Virus record (IMG/VR): IMGVR_UViG_3300045988_177049
Span: 45,537-109,536 of that record
Reading direction: 5' to 3' (one strand)
Source of the DNA: a virus
DNA: 64,000 bases
In this document: positions 1 to 9,848 of the stretch, one piece after another
How positions within the stretch are numbered: position 1 is the stretch's first letter
Layout: each line of letters opens with the position of its first letter
The notes under the pieces: model-generated
What the model saw: the letters and a program-made list of their open reading frames with translations, nothing else
Databases searched by the model: none
Told to the model about the DNA's origin: nothing
Translations under genes and position numbers: made by a program

Positions 1-1325
1 AGGCTCTCTACACCACGCAATCCGACGTGATCCCGGCTGTAAAAGACGTGCTTGCGGGTAACGCTGGAACAGACCTTCTCCTGGTGTCCTTGGGATGGAC
101 CTTCCACCCACACACCGTGGGGTTCTGGTTCCGTACCAACGCTGAGTTCGATGCGTTCAAGACATGGCTTCAAGGCGAGCTTGCCAAGATTGCGTCCAAT
201 ATCAGCACCCCTGATATGCGGATGTTCCAGCAGTTCGATGCGCTCACGCTCACCGATCTGACCGAATCGCTCATCTTGCGAGCAGATGACTCACAGGCTC
301 TGGATGAGTACTCGTTCGCACGTGTGCTCATGTGGGCGCTCATGACATGGACTCACAACAACGCTCCCCAGGCAGGCGCGCCCCAGACATGTGGCGTTCT
401 CCCATTCAGCATCGCTGAGATGGCTTTGCCCAGGACTCTCGTTCTGGTCAACATTGAAGCTCATGCCAGGACCTCTATGCGCAAGATCATTAACGAGTGG
501 GAACTCATCAACAAGTCACTCCACACACCTGTGAAGCTCGTAACCCCAGGGCAGCTAAGCAAACTCACGGCTCTCGCCCGTGCGCAGCAAAAAGCATCAG
601 CCCAAGCTGCAAACAGCTTGTCCAACGCGCACCAGCAAAAGGGTCGTAGTGGTCGCGTGGTATTCCACAAGCGCCCAACACACCCTGTTGACATCTACAA
701 GTCTGTCATGCGCGTGCTCACTCGTATGTCCAAGGTCAACCAATCGTTGAACTCGATTCGCAATGTGACGACGAGTTTCGTCAGGGCCAACAGGCGTCAA
801 CCTAATGATCCGAACAAGCCAGGTAAGGTCATTTCGCGTAAATACCTACCCGACATTCACATTTACCTTGATACGTCAGGGTCTATCTCCACCGAAAACT
901 ACGAAGATACGATCAAAATGCTCATCACTTTCGCCAAGAAAATGGGCGTTGATCTGTACTTCACGAGCTTCTCACACATCATGTCCACTCCTGTGCGTCT
1001 TCGTATCAAAGACCGCTCGGTAAACCAGGTGTGGAAGCAGTTCGCGGCTGTGCCGAAGGTTTCCGGTGGAACCGACTACGAGCAGATTTACACCTTCATC
1101 AACGAACACCCCACTCTAAGGCGTCGTTTGAACCTGGTGATCACTGACTTTGAATGGTGGCCTGGGTCATACCACATCGATGTCCCAGAAAATCTGTACT
1201 ACGTTCCGATCTCTGTTCCATCTGGGTACTACTCATCGTTGCGTAACAGCGCCATGAGCTTTGTCCGTTCGATGGAAAAGATCGATCCGAGTACGGGGTC
1301 TCGAATCCTTGGTATGACCAACTGA
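1..1325 (+). CDS. von Willebrand factor A (VWA) domain protein, 5'-truncated at the window edge
   Basis: The open frame runs to position 3 with no stop, so the gene starts upstream of the window. A MIDAS-like motif IYLDTSGSIS (DxSxS) is typical of VWA domains. It lies immediately upstream of an AAA+ ATPase gene on the same strand. Confidence 0.55.
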   Translation, partial: ALYTTQSDVIPAVKDVLAGNAGTDLLLVSLGWTFHPHTVGFWFRTNAEFDAFKTWLQGELAKIASNISTPDMRMFQQFDALTLTDLTESLILRADDSQALDEYSFARVLMWALMTWTHNNAPQAGAPQTCGVLPFSIAEMALPRTLVLVNIEAHARTSMRKIINEWELINKSLHTPVKLVTPGQLSKLTALARAQQKASAQAANSLSNAHQQKGRSGRVVFHKRPTHPVDIYKSVMRVLTRMSKVNQSLNSIRNVTTSFVRANRRQPNDPNKPGKVISRKYLPDIHIYLDTSGSISTENYEDTIKMLITFAKKMGVDLYFTSFSHIMSTPVRLRIKDRSVNQVWKQFAAVPKVSGGTDYEQIYTFINEHPTLRRRLNLVITDFEWWPGSYHIDVPENLYYVPISVPSGYYSSLRNSAMSFVRSMEKIDPSTGSRILGMTN

Positions 1326-1427
1326 TTCGAATCACACCAATCTGCTCACCCCTTCCTTCTCTGGGCTAACCACCTGGGGAAGGAAGGGCCTATTCATATC
1401 TCTTTATTCACGTGAAAGGAGGCCCCT

Positions 1428-3269
1428 ATGGGCCTGTCAAACTTTACACCCACAGACATCGGCGGCAACCCCGGCACTGGGGGATCGAACATCCCTCTAT
1501 CGTCCTTGCTCGGCCCACTTCTGACAGGCGGCTCTGACATTAACGATATGCTCATTAACTACAACGAGACGTACAAGAGCGCCACACCTGCTCTTTTCCG
1601 TGATGAGATCGTCACCCAGACCATGAGCATCATCTCGTCCTCTCGCAAGCCGAACGCTCTACTCGTCGGCCCAGCTGGGGTTGGCAAGACGGCGATCGTC
1701 GAAGAGATCGCCAGGCGCATCGCTAATAAAGAGGCTTCTGTGCCCCCGCAGCTCGCAAACACGACGATCTACGAGCTGCCAATTGCAACTCTCGTTGCAG
1801 GCGCTGGCGTAGTCGGTGATCTGGAAAACCGCATCACCGAGATCATCAAGTTTGCACAGGATGCAAACAACGATGCACTGCTGTTCATTGATGAGATCCA
1901 CCTCATTGCAGATAGCAACAACACGACCTACGCCAAGATTGCACAGATCCTCAAACCCGCTATGGCCCGAGGATACATCCGCGTGATCGCCGCAACGACC
2001 ATGGGTGAAGCGAAGAAACTCGATGACGACCCGGCGTTCAAGCGCCGTTTCTCATCCGTCATCGTCGATGAACTCACCCGTGAGCAGACCCGTCAAATCC
2101 TGGACATTGTTCTGCCCGGTATGCTCACCCACTACCAGAACAAGGTCACGGTCGCCCCCGACGTCCTTGACGAAATCGTCATGACAGCCGACCGTCTCAT
2201 GAGTACGGGACACCGCCCTGATACGGCGATTACGCTTCTCGACCGAGCACTGAGTCACTCCGTCATTAGCCACCACGCGGCGATCCAGGAAGCTCTCGCT
2301 TCTGGGAACACGACGAGCGCACAGATGCTCCAGCAGATTACTCATATTCCGTTGACGGCTAAGCGACTGAACACAATCGCCATGCTTCTTGTCACCGGAC
2401 AATCCCAGCCCCCACACCTTGATGTGACAGCTCTCCAAACAGAGCTATCCAGGCTCAGGGGTCAAGAAGAGGTTCTTCCCCGCATCGTCGACGCTTTGCG
2501 CAGACGCGAGCTGAACATCTTCCCGAGCACTCGCCCCACCTCATGGCTTTTCGCCGGGGCATCCGGGGTCGGCAAGTCGGAAACAGCCACGATCATCTCA
2601 TCTATGGTCACTGGGCAAAAGCCCATCATCCTCAACATGGCTGAGTACCATGACTCGGCGTCGATCAATCGCATCATCGGCTCACCAACCGGCTACGTCG
2701 GTTCGGACAGCGCCAAGGAACGACCTTTCGATACCTTGGCATCGAACCCCTACCGCGTGATCGTCCTTGATGAGTTTGAGAAGGCCGATATGTCAGTGCA
2801 GCGACTTTTCCTCTCTGCTCTGGATACCGGCGAGATCCAGATGGCAAACGGTCCAGCCGTTGACCTCTCGCGTTGCATCGTCATTGCAACGACAAACGCT
2901 GGAAGGCAGAAACTCTCTGGCTCCCAGATGGGCTTCGGGGATCATAAGCACTCCATGAGCAAGCAGTCTTTGACCAAAGAACTCCAAAAGAGTTTTGACG
3001 CAGAGCTGCTGGGACGCTTTGATGATCTCATCGCGTTCATGCCTTTGGGTGCCGACGACTACGCACAAATCTTGCGCGATGAATACAATCGCCAAGTAAA
3101 GCGTATTTGCGCCGAGCGCCCAGACCTGAGCTTTGATCCAATTGATGATGACACCATCGCTCAATTGGTCGATGAGACATGGCTCGTTGACCAGGGCGCA
3201 CGCCCGGCCATTCGCGCCATCCGCGCTCTGATTGAAGACATGCTGCTCGCTCAGGTAGCGAACTCATAG
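1428..3269 (+). CDS. Clp/Hsp100-like ATPase with two AAA+ modules (613 aa), intein-free paralog of the 34217..37990 gene
   Basis: The NBD1 P-loop LLVGPAGVGKTAIVEEIARRI resembles ClpB/ClpA NBD1 and the second P-loop is FAGASGVGKSETA. A Walker B-like LLFIDEIH is present. RBS gaaaggagg precedes the ATG. Blocks such as IRVIAATTMGE and LFIDEIH match the extein of the intein-containing ATPase. Confidence 0.75.
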   Translation: MGLSNFTPTDIGGNPGTGGSNIPLSSLLGPLLTGGSDINDMLINYNETYKSATPALFRDEIVTQTMSIISSSRKPNALLVGPAGVGKTAIVEEIARRIANKEASVPPQLANTTIYELPIATLVAGAGVVGDLENRITEIIKFAQDANNDALLFIDEIHLIADSNNTTYAKIAQILKPAMARGYIRVIAATTMGEAKKLDDDPAFKRRFSSVIVDELTREQTRQILDIVLPGMLTHYQNKVTVAPDVLDEIVMTADRLMSTGHRPDTAITLLDRALSHSVISHHAAIQEALASGNTTSAQMLQQITHIPLTAKRLNTIAMLLVTGQSQPPHLDVTALQTELSRLRGQEEVLPRIVDALRRRELNIFPSTRPTSWLFAGASGVGKSETATIISSMVTGQKPIILNMAEYHDSASINRIIGSPTGYVGSDSAKERPFDTLASNPYRVIVLDEFEKADMSVQRLFLSALDTGEIQMANGPAVDLSRCIVIATTNAGRQKLSGSQMGFGDHKHSMSKQSLTKELQKSFDAELLGRFDDLIAFMPLGADDYAQILRDEYNRQVKRICAERPDLSFDPIDDDTIAQLVDETWLVDQGARPAIRAIRALIEDMLLAQVANS

Positions 3270-3278
3270 AGCACATAC

Positions 3279-3315
3279 GGTTCGCCCACGTGAATTCACC
3301 CCTCGTGGGCGAACC
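3279..3315 (+). terminator. 12-bp perfect-stem hairpin after the ATPase gene, candidate terminator or RNA structure with a weak U-tract
   Basis: The arms ggttcgcccacg and cgtgggcgaacc are a perfect inverted repeat 10 nt after the stop. No strong T-run follows. Confidence 0.3.
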
Positions 3316-3351
3316 ACCCATTCATCATCTATTTATCCAAGGAGAACAACC

Positions 3352-4008
3352 ATGTCTACCATGCGTACCGTTCAATACACCCTTCACGAAACCGATGGGT
3401 CTTTGACGACCGTCGTCGCTCACTACGGCATCCGAAATGACCGCGTCAGCGTCATGGGAGAGGTCTATTACAACCGTGAAGATGACCAAACCCCGCTTGC
3501 CAACCTTGATCCCGATAAGTGCGGGCAGGTATGCGATGAGATTAAACAGGCGTTTCCGTGGCTAGAGCCTCTCATGGAACTCCATCTTGCCGACGCTTAC
3601 ACAGGGGCACCGATGTACGCCCTCGATAATGGGTGGTTCTGGCTTCATGAGGATGAAGCTGATGGCCCGCTCATCACCACCGTTAGCCGTCGTCGCGCAG
3701 CCAGGTACCTTCGCACGACACCGGACATGTTAGAGGACGTTCGCACCAAGAACGACCTCGAAGTTCTGATCAACACCGCACTGGCCCCGGCGTGGAAGAA
3801 ACAGATTGACGCTGCATTGGCACTCTACGATCTGTCCACCGGCCATAAGCCACAGGTCAATAAAGACCTTGAGTCTCTCCAGATCATCTACACCGATGAT
3901 AAGGGATGTCTCTACACCCAACCATTGAGCGATTTGTCCGACGTAGGAACCCTCGTCAATCCTGACGAGGACACCGATCTCACCATCGTCGGTTACACAA
4001 TCGCGTAA
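3352..4008 (+). CDS. hypothetical protein (218 aa)
   Basis: Long ORF with RBS aaggagaacaacc before the ATG, same strand and operon context. No recognisable motif. Confidence 0.45.
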   Translation: MSTMRTVQYTLHETDGSLTTVVAHYGIRNDRVSVMGEVYYNREDDQTPLANLDPDKCGQVCDEIKQAFPWLEPLMELHLADAYTGAPMYALDNGWFWLHEDEADGPLITTVSRRRAARYLRTTPDMLEDVRTKNDLEVLINTALAPAWKKQIDAALALYDLSTGHKPQVNKDLESLQIIYTDDKGCLYTQPLSDLSDVGTLVNPDEDTDLTIVGYTIA

Positions 4009-4107
4009 CCGTCTATTCGCTCATCACACCATCGATCGGTCAGTACCGCCACTGGCCGATTGATGGCTTATTCATACACTTATTTATATTCAGAAAGGAA
4101 GGCTTTC

Positions 4108-5985
4108 ATGCCCATCCTCTTGGAAAGCATTGATACCGCAGCCGCTCAGATCAATACCGTTGCTGAGGCGGGTAAAGCCCGCACGATCAAGGCTGTCACT
4201 CCCAAATTCTTCTCGTCCTCTCTGACCGGCCAGGGCAAGAAGCAAGGCGTGCTGAACTCTTCCGTTGTCCCCGGTTTCTACCCTATGGGTCTGAGCCGTG
4301 CAACGATGGGAAGCACCGACATTCGCTATAAGGAACGTCGCACTTCGAACAACGTCACCAGCCACATTATCCCCATCGGCACTGTCGTTCGACGCGCCTA
4401 TGAGCAGGGATACGGCTATATGAAGGTTCCCGTCCCCTCTGAGGCGAACGCATTCTCCGTGCGCTTGACGAGCGATACCGACGACTTCGATATCTACGCA
4501 TCCTGCCACGTACAGGGCCTCGTCATGCGCGAGGATCGTAGCGGACGAGAAATGGTCAAGGACCTTGCCGTCTCGTACCGCACGATGCTCTACGTCGTTC
4601 CGCCCGTAAAGGACGAAGACGTTGACGACCTGGAAGCTCAGATGGACACTCTGTGCGACCAGGATCTCGCCTCTTGCGACATCGATGATCCAGACTTCAT
4701 CGACGCAAGCGACGAGGACATCATGGCTTTGGACGATGAGTCTGTCGATTCACTCGTCCTGAGCGTAGACGATGACTACCGCACTCGTGCCACCCTGCTG
4801 AACATGTCGGCGTCCAACTTCCGCAACCTCTCGTATCGCATGAGTGTCGAAGGCCAAGCCTGGGCCATTGTTGACTGGAGCTATGCTCCCGTCGAAGATT
4901 CCATCGACCTACCGTGGAACGACATCCTGTGCGCCGTAGGTATCGATCCTTCGCGCCAGAACGAGTTCCGTGACACTCTGAATCAGTTCTACGCTGATTA
5001 CAGCGTCTACGAGAACATTACGTACAGTGCGCAGCGGTGGACCAGCAATGGTATCGCTGAGGACATCCGAGACGTTGTTGCCGCTCTTGTACCCAAGACC
5101 CGCACCTACAACGACGATCAGTTGGCTCAGATGGTCTACCAGCTTCGCTACATGGAGCAGTACAGCGTTCCACTGCCTGCCTACCGCGAAGTCTACACGG
5201 CCATCAACACACTCTGTGACCCTCAGACTGCATCGCGTCTGATGAAGCAGAACATGAACCTGCTGATGAACGAGACCTTGCACGAGCTGGGATCTCACCG
5301 CGACGAACTGGAGCGTGCACCTCAGTCGATGGCAACCACTCCGATCCAAGGCCAGCTCTCACCTCAGCAGAAGGCCGCTGTGTGCTCGACTGAGCCTCTC
5401 TCCATCACTCAGGCAGGAGCGGGCGCTGGTAAGAGCACGGTGATCCTTGCTCGTATCAACCAGCTCACGCTGTGCGGGGTCAACCCCTCGGACATCACTG
5501 TGCTGTCGTTTACGAACGCGGCGGCGGACAACATCATCAAAAAGAACCCCAACGTTCGCTCGATGACCATTGCCCGCATGATCCATGATCTCTACATGAC
5601 CTACTTCCCCACCCACGAACTCAGCTCTGTTGAAACGATCGCGAACTCTCTGGGTATCTACATGCCCGGAGACGCTTTCGCGCTTCAATTCTCTCAGCGT
5701 CTTCGTCGGTTGGAAGGTCGTGATGCACAAGGTGCCTACACCTCGCTGAACAACTTCATCGAGGCACACCTTGAGCAAACCGTTGACGCTCTGAACCTCA
5801 TTAAGCAAACGTCCTTGGAACTAGAGATCATCCTCGCGTACCAGACGATTGATCGGATGCCGCTGCCTTCGGGTCTGAACATCCGCCACCTCATCATCGA
5901 CGAGGTACAGGACAACTCCGTCTTTGAGTTCATCTACCTGCTCCGCCTTGTGAGCAAGCTCAAGGCATCACTTTTCATCGTGGGT
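4108..5985 (+). CDS. UvrD/Rep-family SF1 helicase, exon 1 (N-terminal extension, Walker A, motif II)
   Basis: Start chosen at ATG 4108 with RBS gaaaggaagg. Walker A is AGAGAGKST and motif II is HLIIDEVQD. The frame then ends ...SLFIVG exactly where motif III should continue. The exon ends on T at 5985. Confidence 0.65.
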
Positions 5986-7046
5986 AAGCATTGCTCACGT
6001 TAAACCCTACTAATTGCGGGAAACTCATGTTTTCGCGATAACGACCGCGACTATTGAGAAACCAATAGTGCAGCAGATGAGATAACGCTCATCGGATGGT
6101 AACACCGTTATCGTCAATGACAATCCGCAGCCAGCCACCCCAACGTCAAGCCGTGGGTGGAAGGTTCATCGACTATCGAACGCGCTGACACATTATCAGC
6201 AATAAGCCATGAGTAATCCCATGGCGAAGCAAGTAGAGTAGCGACCACACACGCATCATGTGGTACGCGAAATGATGGGCATGTTTGGTATACTCTACCT
6301 AACATGAAGATATAGTCAACCAATTCACGAAACGAGGAAACTGATGCTGTCCTCACCTGACATCAACAGACGACATTCGCTCAACACATACTTTTTCGAC
6401 ACCATCCATAATGAAGCACAAGCTTATTGGCTTGGTTTCTTATGGGCTGATGGATCATGGTCGAAAACCGCTCCACGGTGCAGTGGCCCCAACAGGCTCA
6501 CTCTTAGCCAGAAGCTCTCAGAGATTGATCATCTCCAATTGTTTCTAAACACCCTTGAAGCGGATTACCCCATTCGACGTGTTAACAACGGATACGGACT
6601 AGCCGTCGCCGTACACATTAACAGTCGACCTTTGTGCGTAAGCCTCGAACAATTAGGTTTTGCGCGTAAAGACCAACGTGTTCATATTCCACCGATACCA
6701 TCGCATTTACTACATCACTTTGTTCGTGGATACTTTGATGGGGATGGATGTCTATCTGTCTATCAACAGACAGTTGGTAATGCCGTCATCAATAAGCAGG
6801 AATGGTCCCTCACTGGACACCCCAAATTCATCGCAAACATTCGTCAGCTTATTGAGCAAAACGTTGATGTCTCTCAACGAGTGAAGATCAAGACTTATAA
6901 ACGTACCGATAAAGCTGTCACTTTACGGTACGGCAAAAAGTCCGATATCTCCGCTCTCTATGATTACTTGTACCAAGATGCCACCGTGTATCTTGACTCA
7001 AAGTATCAACGATTCGTAGAGTTCTTCACTCGTGAGAAGAACTAGG
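5986..7046 (+). mobile_element. candidate group I intron (1061 nt) interrupting the helicase between the VG and D of motif III; carries a LAGLIDADG homing endonuclease ORF
   Basis: The upstream exon ends ...LFIVG (ggT) and the downstream frame resumes DASQTLYEFRSANP, which is motif III VGDxxQxIYxFRxA. The last 5' exon base is U and the last intron base is G, as group I splicing requires. The intron is much more AT-rich than the flanks. The three ORF pieces are in different frames, so this is not an intein. Splicing restores a ~1037-aa helicase. Confidence 0.55.
6344..7045 (+). CDS. LAGLIDADG homing endonuclease (double-motif, 233 aa), intron-encoded
   Basis: Two LAGLIDADG-type motifs are present, WLGFLWADGSW and VRGYFDGDGCLSV. 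The ORF is AT-rich and lies inside the non-coding gap between the two helicase exons. RBS gaggaaactg precedes the ATG. Confidence 0.8.
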   Translation: MLSSPDINRRHSLNTYFFDTIHNEAQAYWLGFLWADGSWSKTAPRCSGPNRLTLSQKLSEIDHLQLFLNTLEADYPIRRVNNGYGLAVAVHINSRPLCVSLEQLGFARKDQRVHIPPIPSHLLHHFVRGYFDGDGCLSVYQQTVGNAVINKQEWSLTGHPKFIANIRQLIEQNVDVSQRVKIKTYKRTDKAVTLRYGKKSDISALYDYLYQDATVYLDSKYQRFVEFFTREKN

Positions 7047-8282
7047 GATGCTTCCCAGACGCTCTACGAGTTCCGTTCGGCAAACCCGAAGGCCCTGAAT
7101 GCTCTTGAGGCATCGGGTGTCTTCACCCCCTACAAGCTGGAGACCAACTATCGGTCGAACCAAGAGGTTCTGGACATGGCTAATGTTCACCTTTTGTCCG
7201 AGATCGAAGCCAACCAGCTTGCACAGATCCGCCTTCGTGCAAACTCGCTTGTTCCTGTGACCGCGCAGTCGTTCCAAGACAAGGTTCATGTCGTCCATGA
7301 GCACTACACCTCTGATGCCAAGTTCATTGGCGACCTGCCTAAGCTGCTCTCTCAGCACACCTACACCTATGTTCAGGACTGCCTGAGCCGTGGTGAACAG
7401 GTGGCGTTCTTGGCCTTTACCCGCCGAGAAGCGTTCGCTGTCCAAAAGCGCTTGGAAGAGATGTTCCCAGGCCGTTCCGTCATCTCGATGATCTCGGACA
7501 GGCGTCGCGCGTCGACGTTCTTCTCGGCCTTCATCAAGATGTACTGGTCTGACATCGAGGCCGTGGATCCCGCAAACGCCGCATACGTGTTTGCAAAGGA
7601 AATCATTGCACGAGGCCCCGCCAGCAATGCCCAGGCTCAACAAGCCTTGGCAAAGATGGCGAGCGAGTGGTGGACTGAATCGGGTTCGGCCATCCAGGGA
7701 TGGATCTACGAGTACCAATCCGCCATCATCACCAAGGAGACCTTCTTCGATCGCTTGAAGAAGTGCATCCTTGATTACGAAATCCGGTACAACTCGATTC
7801 GCGATGCTCTCATGCACCGCAACAACGAGGAACGCAAGATTCGTAACCTGGAAACCAACGCTGATCTCATTGTCTCCACTGTTCATGGAGTCAAGGGTCT
7901 TGAATTTGACAACGTTGTTGTCATCTACAAGGATCAGTCCGACATGAGCGAAGAAAAGAAGAGGCTCTATTACGTCGCGTTCACGCGCGCGAAGAACTCT
8001 CTGTTCGTTCTTTCTCATGGCACCACGTTGTCCGCGCGAATCCTCAGCGACTACAACCTCATCGTTGACTCGCTGACCCAGCCCGGTTCTACAGACAATG
8101 AGGACGAGGATACCGCCACCACTGTTACAGTGGTAAACGAAGATGATGTCCCCAGCGAGGAAGATACTCCTTGCTCGGATGCCACCGATACCGATGGCTT
8201 TGCTGCTACACGTGCTCTCGTCGCCAGCATCCAGACCGACCTTCCAGGTCTGTCTGCAACTGACGATGAGGACGACGCGTAG
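7047..8282 (+). CDS. UvrD/Rep-family helicase, exon 2 (motifs III to VI, acidic C-terminus)
   Basis: The frame begins DASQTLYEFRSANPKAL (motif III) and motif VI is VSTVHGVKGLEFDNVVV. It lies in a different frame from exon 1, consistent with splicing rather than an intein. Confidence 0.65.
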   Translation, partial: DASQTLYEFRSANPKALNALEASGVFTPYKLETNYRSNQEVLDMANVHLLSEIEANQLAQIRLRANSLVPVTAQSFQDKVHVVHEHYTSDAKFIGDLPKLLSQHTYTYVQDCLSRGEQVAFLAFTRREAFAVQKRLEEMFPGRSVISMISDRRRASTFFSAFIKMYWSDIEAVDPANAAYVFAKEIIARGPASNAQAQQALAKMASEWWTESGSAIQGWIYEYQSAIITKETFFDRLKKCILDYEIRYNSIRDALMHRNNEERKIRNLETNADLIVSTVHGVKGLEFDNVVVIYKDQSDMSEEKKRLYYVAFTRAKNSLFVLSHGTTLSARILSDYNLIVDSLTQPGSTDNEDEDTATTVTVVNEDDVPSEEDTPCSDATDTDGFAATRALVASIQTDLPGLSATDDEDDA

Positions 8283-8299
8283 TCATCGTCTGTAAAATT

Positions 8300-8337
8300 G
8301 CCCCATGACTCCTGCCTCGTCGTAGGAGTCATGGGGC
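8300..8337 (+). terminator. 14-bp perfect-stem hairpin downstream of the helicase, rho-independent terminator candidate
   Basis: The arms gccccatgactcct and aggagtcatggggc flank a 10-nt loop. A ctctttttttg run follows about 25 nt downstream. Confidence 0.45.
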
Positions 8338-8387
8338 ACCAACACCACAAAGCTCTATACTACTCTCTTTTTTTGAAAGGAGCACTC

Positions 8388-9095
8388 ATGCAAGACATTC
8401 GCCGAGGCGACATCTGGTTCATTCAACCCGCACCTGTCCCAGGAGGCGGAACTGTCGGCAACGAGATGTGGTCAGGAAGGCCGGGCGTCATCGTCAGTAA
8501 CGACACCTTGAACCAACACTCTGGTGTTGTTCAGGTCGTTTACCTTACGTCAAGCGACAAGCGACGCGCGTCTGCTACACACGTGGTCGTTCATGTGAAC
8601 AACCAACGTTCCATCGCCATCTGTAACCAAGTGACGAACATTGATACATCTCGTCTGACCCAATACATCGGACGTGTATCATCTCTTGATCTCTACAACA
8701 TCCAAAACAGCATCGCCTTCGCTCTTGGTTTAGGTGGAGCTAAACCGGGTGAAGCTCTGCATAAATGGGAAAAGCAACTATCAGCTCATGGGATTGATCT
8801 GTTCGAGCAAGAACTCAGTCTCAACGACGATATTAACTACTCTGAGCGCATCGAAGGTTTGAAGAAAACTATTCTCCAAATCGCACGTGAGCGTGACGCC
8901 CTCGCAACAGCGATCCGAGCGCACAGCGAGCACTCGTCGATGTATCAAGAGCTAAATAAAGTTTTTGGTACACCATCGACGCCGCCAATTCAACCTACCC
9001 AGAAAAAGACCAAAAAGAAAAAGAAGAAGGTGCCAAATGGAACCCACACCCACACAGCTCAGGTACATCAAAAGAAACGCCAGAAAAGCCGCTAG
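8388..9095 (+). CDS. MazF/PemK-family toxin-domain protein with a ~115-aa Lys-rich C-terminal extension
   Basis: Start at ATG 8388 after RBS gaaaggag. The N-terminus RGDIWFIQPAPVPGGGTVGNEMWSGRPGVIVSNDTLNQHSGVVQVVYLTS matches the PemK/MazF fold signature RGDIxxxDxxPxxGxExxxxRPxLVVSN. The C-terminal half is unrelated and ends KKTKKKKKK. Confidence 0.6.
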   Translation: MQDIRRGDIWFIQPAPVPGGGTVGNEMWSGRPGVIVSNDTLNQHSGVVQVVYLTSSDKRRASATHVVVHVNNQRSIAICNQVTNIDTSRLTQYIGRVSSLDLYNIQNSIAFALGLGGAKPGEALHKWEKQLSAHGIDLFEQELSLNDDINYSERIEGLKKTILQIARERDALATAIRAHSEHSSMYQELNKVFGTPSTPPIQPTQKKTKKKKKKVPNGTHTHTAQVHQKKRQKSR

Positions 9096-9537
9096 AGACG
9101 TTCTTGCCGCATATGCTGAGCGTTCTCGTATCCCTGTCAAACCTATCGCCATTGCTCGATCAATGGGACTGAGGGTTTTAGAAGCCCCTCTGCCCGGCTA
9201 CGCCTGGGGAATGATCCTCGGTAACCTCGATGGGACGGCACACATCTATTTCGACGAGAATCTCCCACCTGTGCGTGCTCGCTATGCGTGTGCGCACGAG
9301 CTTGGTCATTACGTTGCAAACAACTGTACTCTCGAACCATGTATGGGATATCAATGCGGCAGTGACGAACATCAAGACATGGCTGAAATCTATGCCGACA
9401 CCTTTGCCAAGGAACTGCTTCTTCCCCATCCTGAGATCGACGTATGTATTGAAGATGGACTGAGCATCTTTGAGATCGCACGTACATTTGAAGTACCTGT
9501 TGGTCTCATTACGTATTCGAAGAAGCAAAAACAGTGA
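9037..9537 (+). CDS. ImmA/IrrE-family (COG2856) zinc metallopeptidase
   Basis: HEXXH motif ACAHELGHYV sits in the ImmA-like context. Start chosen at ATG 9037 (MEPTPTQ). It overlaps the 3' end of the MazF-like ORF in the +1 frame across an A-rich tract. Confidence 0.65.
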   Translation: MEPTPTQLRYIKRNARKAARDVLAAYAERSRIPVKPIAIARSMGLRVLEAPLPGYAWGMILGNLDGTAHIYFDENLPPVRARYACAHELGHYVANNCTLEPCMGYQCGSDEHQDMAEIYADTFAKELLLPHPEIDVCIEDGLSIFEIARTFEVPVGLITYSKKQKQ

Positions 9538-9543
9538 AAGGCG

Positions 9544-9834
9544 GTGACCACAATGGCCTCGATTTTTGATGTATCGAAGTATATTCTGGCGCATTTTGAC
9601 CAGCCGATCTCCCCACGCAAGCTCCAAAAGCTGACTTACCTTTCGCAAGGCTGGTCCCTGGCTCTAACGGATAAACCTATCTTCCCTGAAGATTTTGAAG
9701 CATGGAAGCATGGACCCATTAATCGTGAGCTATTCAACGCTCTTCAAGGAATTCATTCCATCGATGGAACGGATGGATCGTCAACACCGTCACCAGACCG
9801 AGCCAAAAGCTTTGGTCTCAGAAACAACGAGTAA
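9544..9834 (+). CDS. Panacea (DUF4065, SocA/PanA-like) domain protein, short or C-terminally truncated (96 aa)
   Basis: KLQKLTYLSQGWSLALTDKPIFPEDFEAWKHGPI matches the Panacea core KLxKLxYxAQxxxLxxxGxPLFxExFxAWxxGPV. The same core occurs in ORF 61276..61731. The C-terminal part of the domain is missing. The start may be the ATG at 9553. Confidence 0.55.
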   Translation: MTTMASIFDVSKYILAHFDQPISPRKLQKLTYLSQGWSLALTDKPIFPEDFEAWKHGPINRELFNALQGIHSIDGTDGSSTPSPDRAKSFGLRNNE

Positions 9835-9848
9835 AGAGGACTCATACT

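Noticed and set aside
3279-3315. Strong hairpin after the first ATPase gene as a definite terminator
   Set aside because: No U-tract follows. It is kept only as a low-confidence feature because it may be an RNA-stability or attenuation element.
5986-7046. Interpretation of the helicase interruption as an intein
   Set aside because: Exon 1, the endonuclease ORF and exon 2 lie in three different reading frames separated by a non-coding AT-rich leader of ~350 nt. An intein must be in frame and continuous with both exteins.
8965-9036. N-terminal extension MVHHRRRQFNLPRKRPKRKRRRCQ of the ImmA-like ORF as listed in the ORF track
   Set aside because: It lies within the MazF-like gene's A-rich tail in another frame. 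An internal ATG at 9037 with an upstream purine-rich stretch gives a conventional start.
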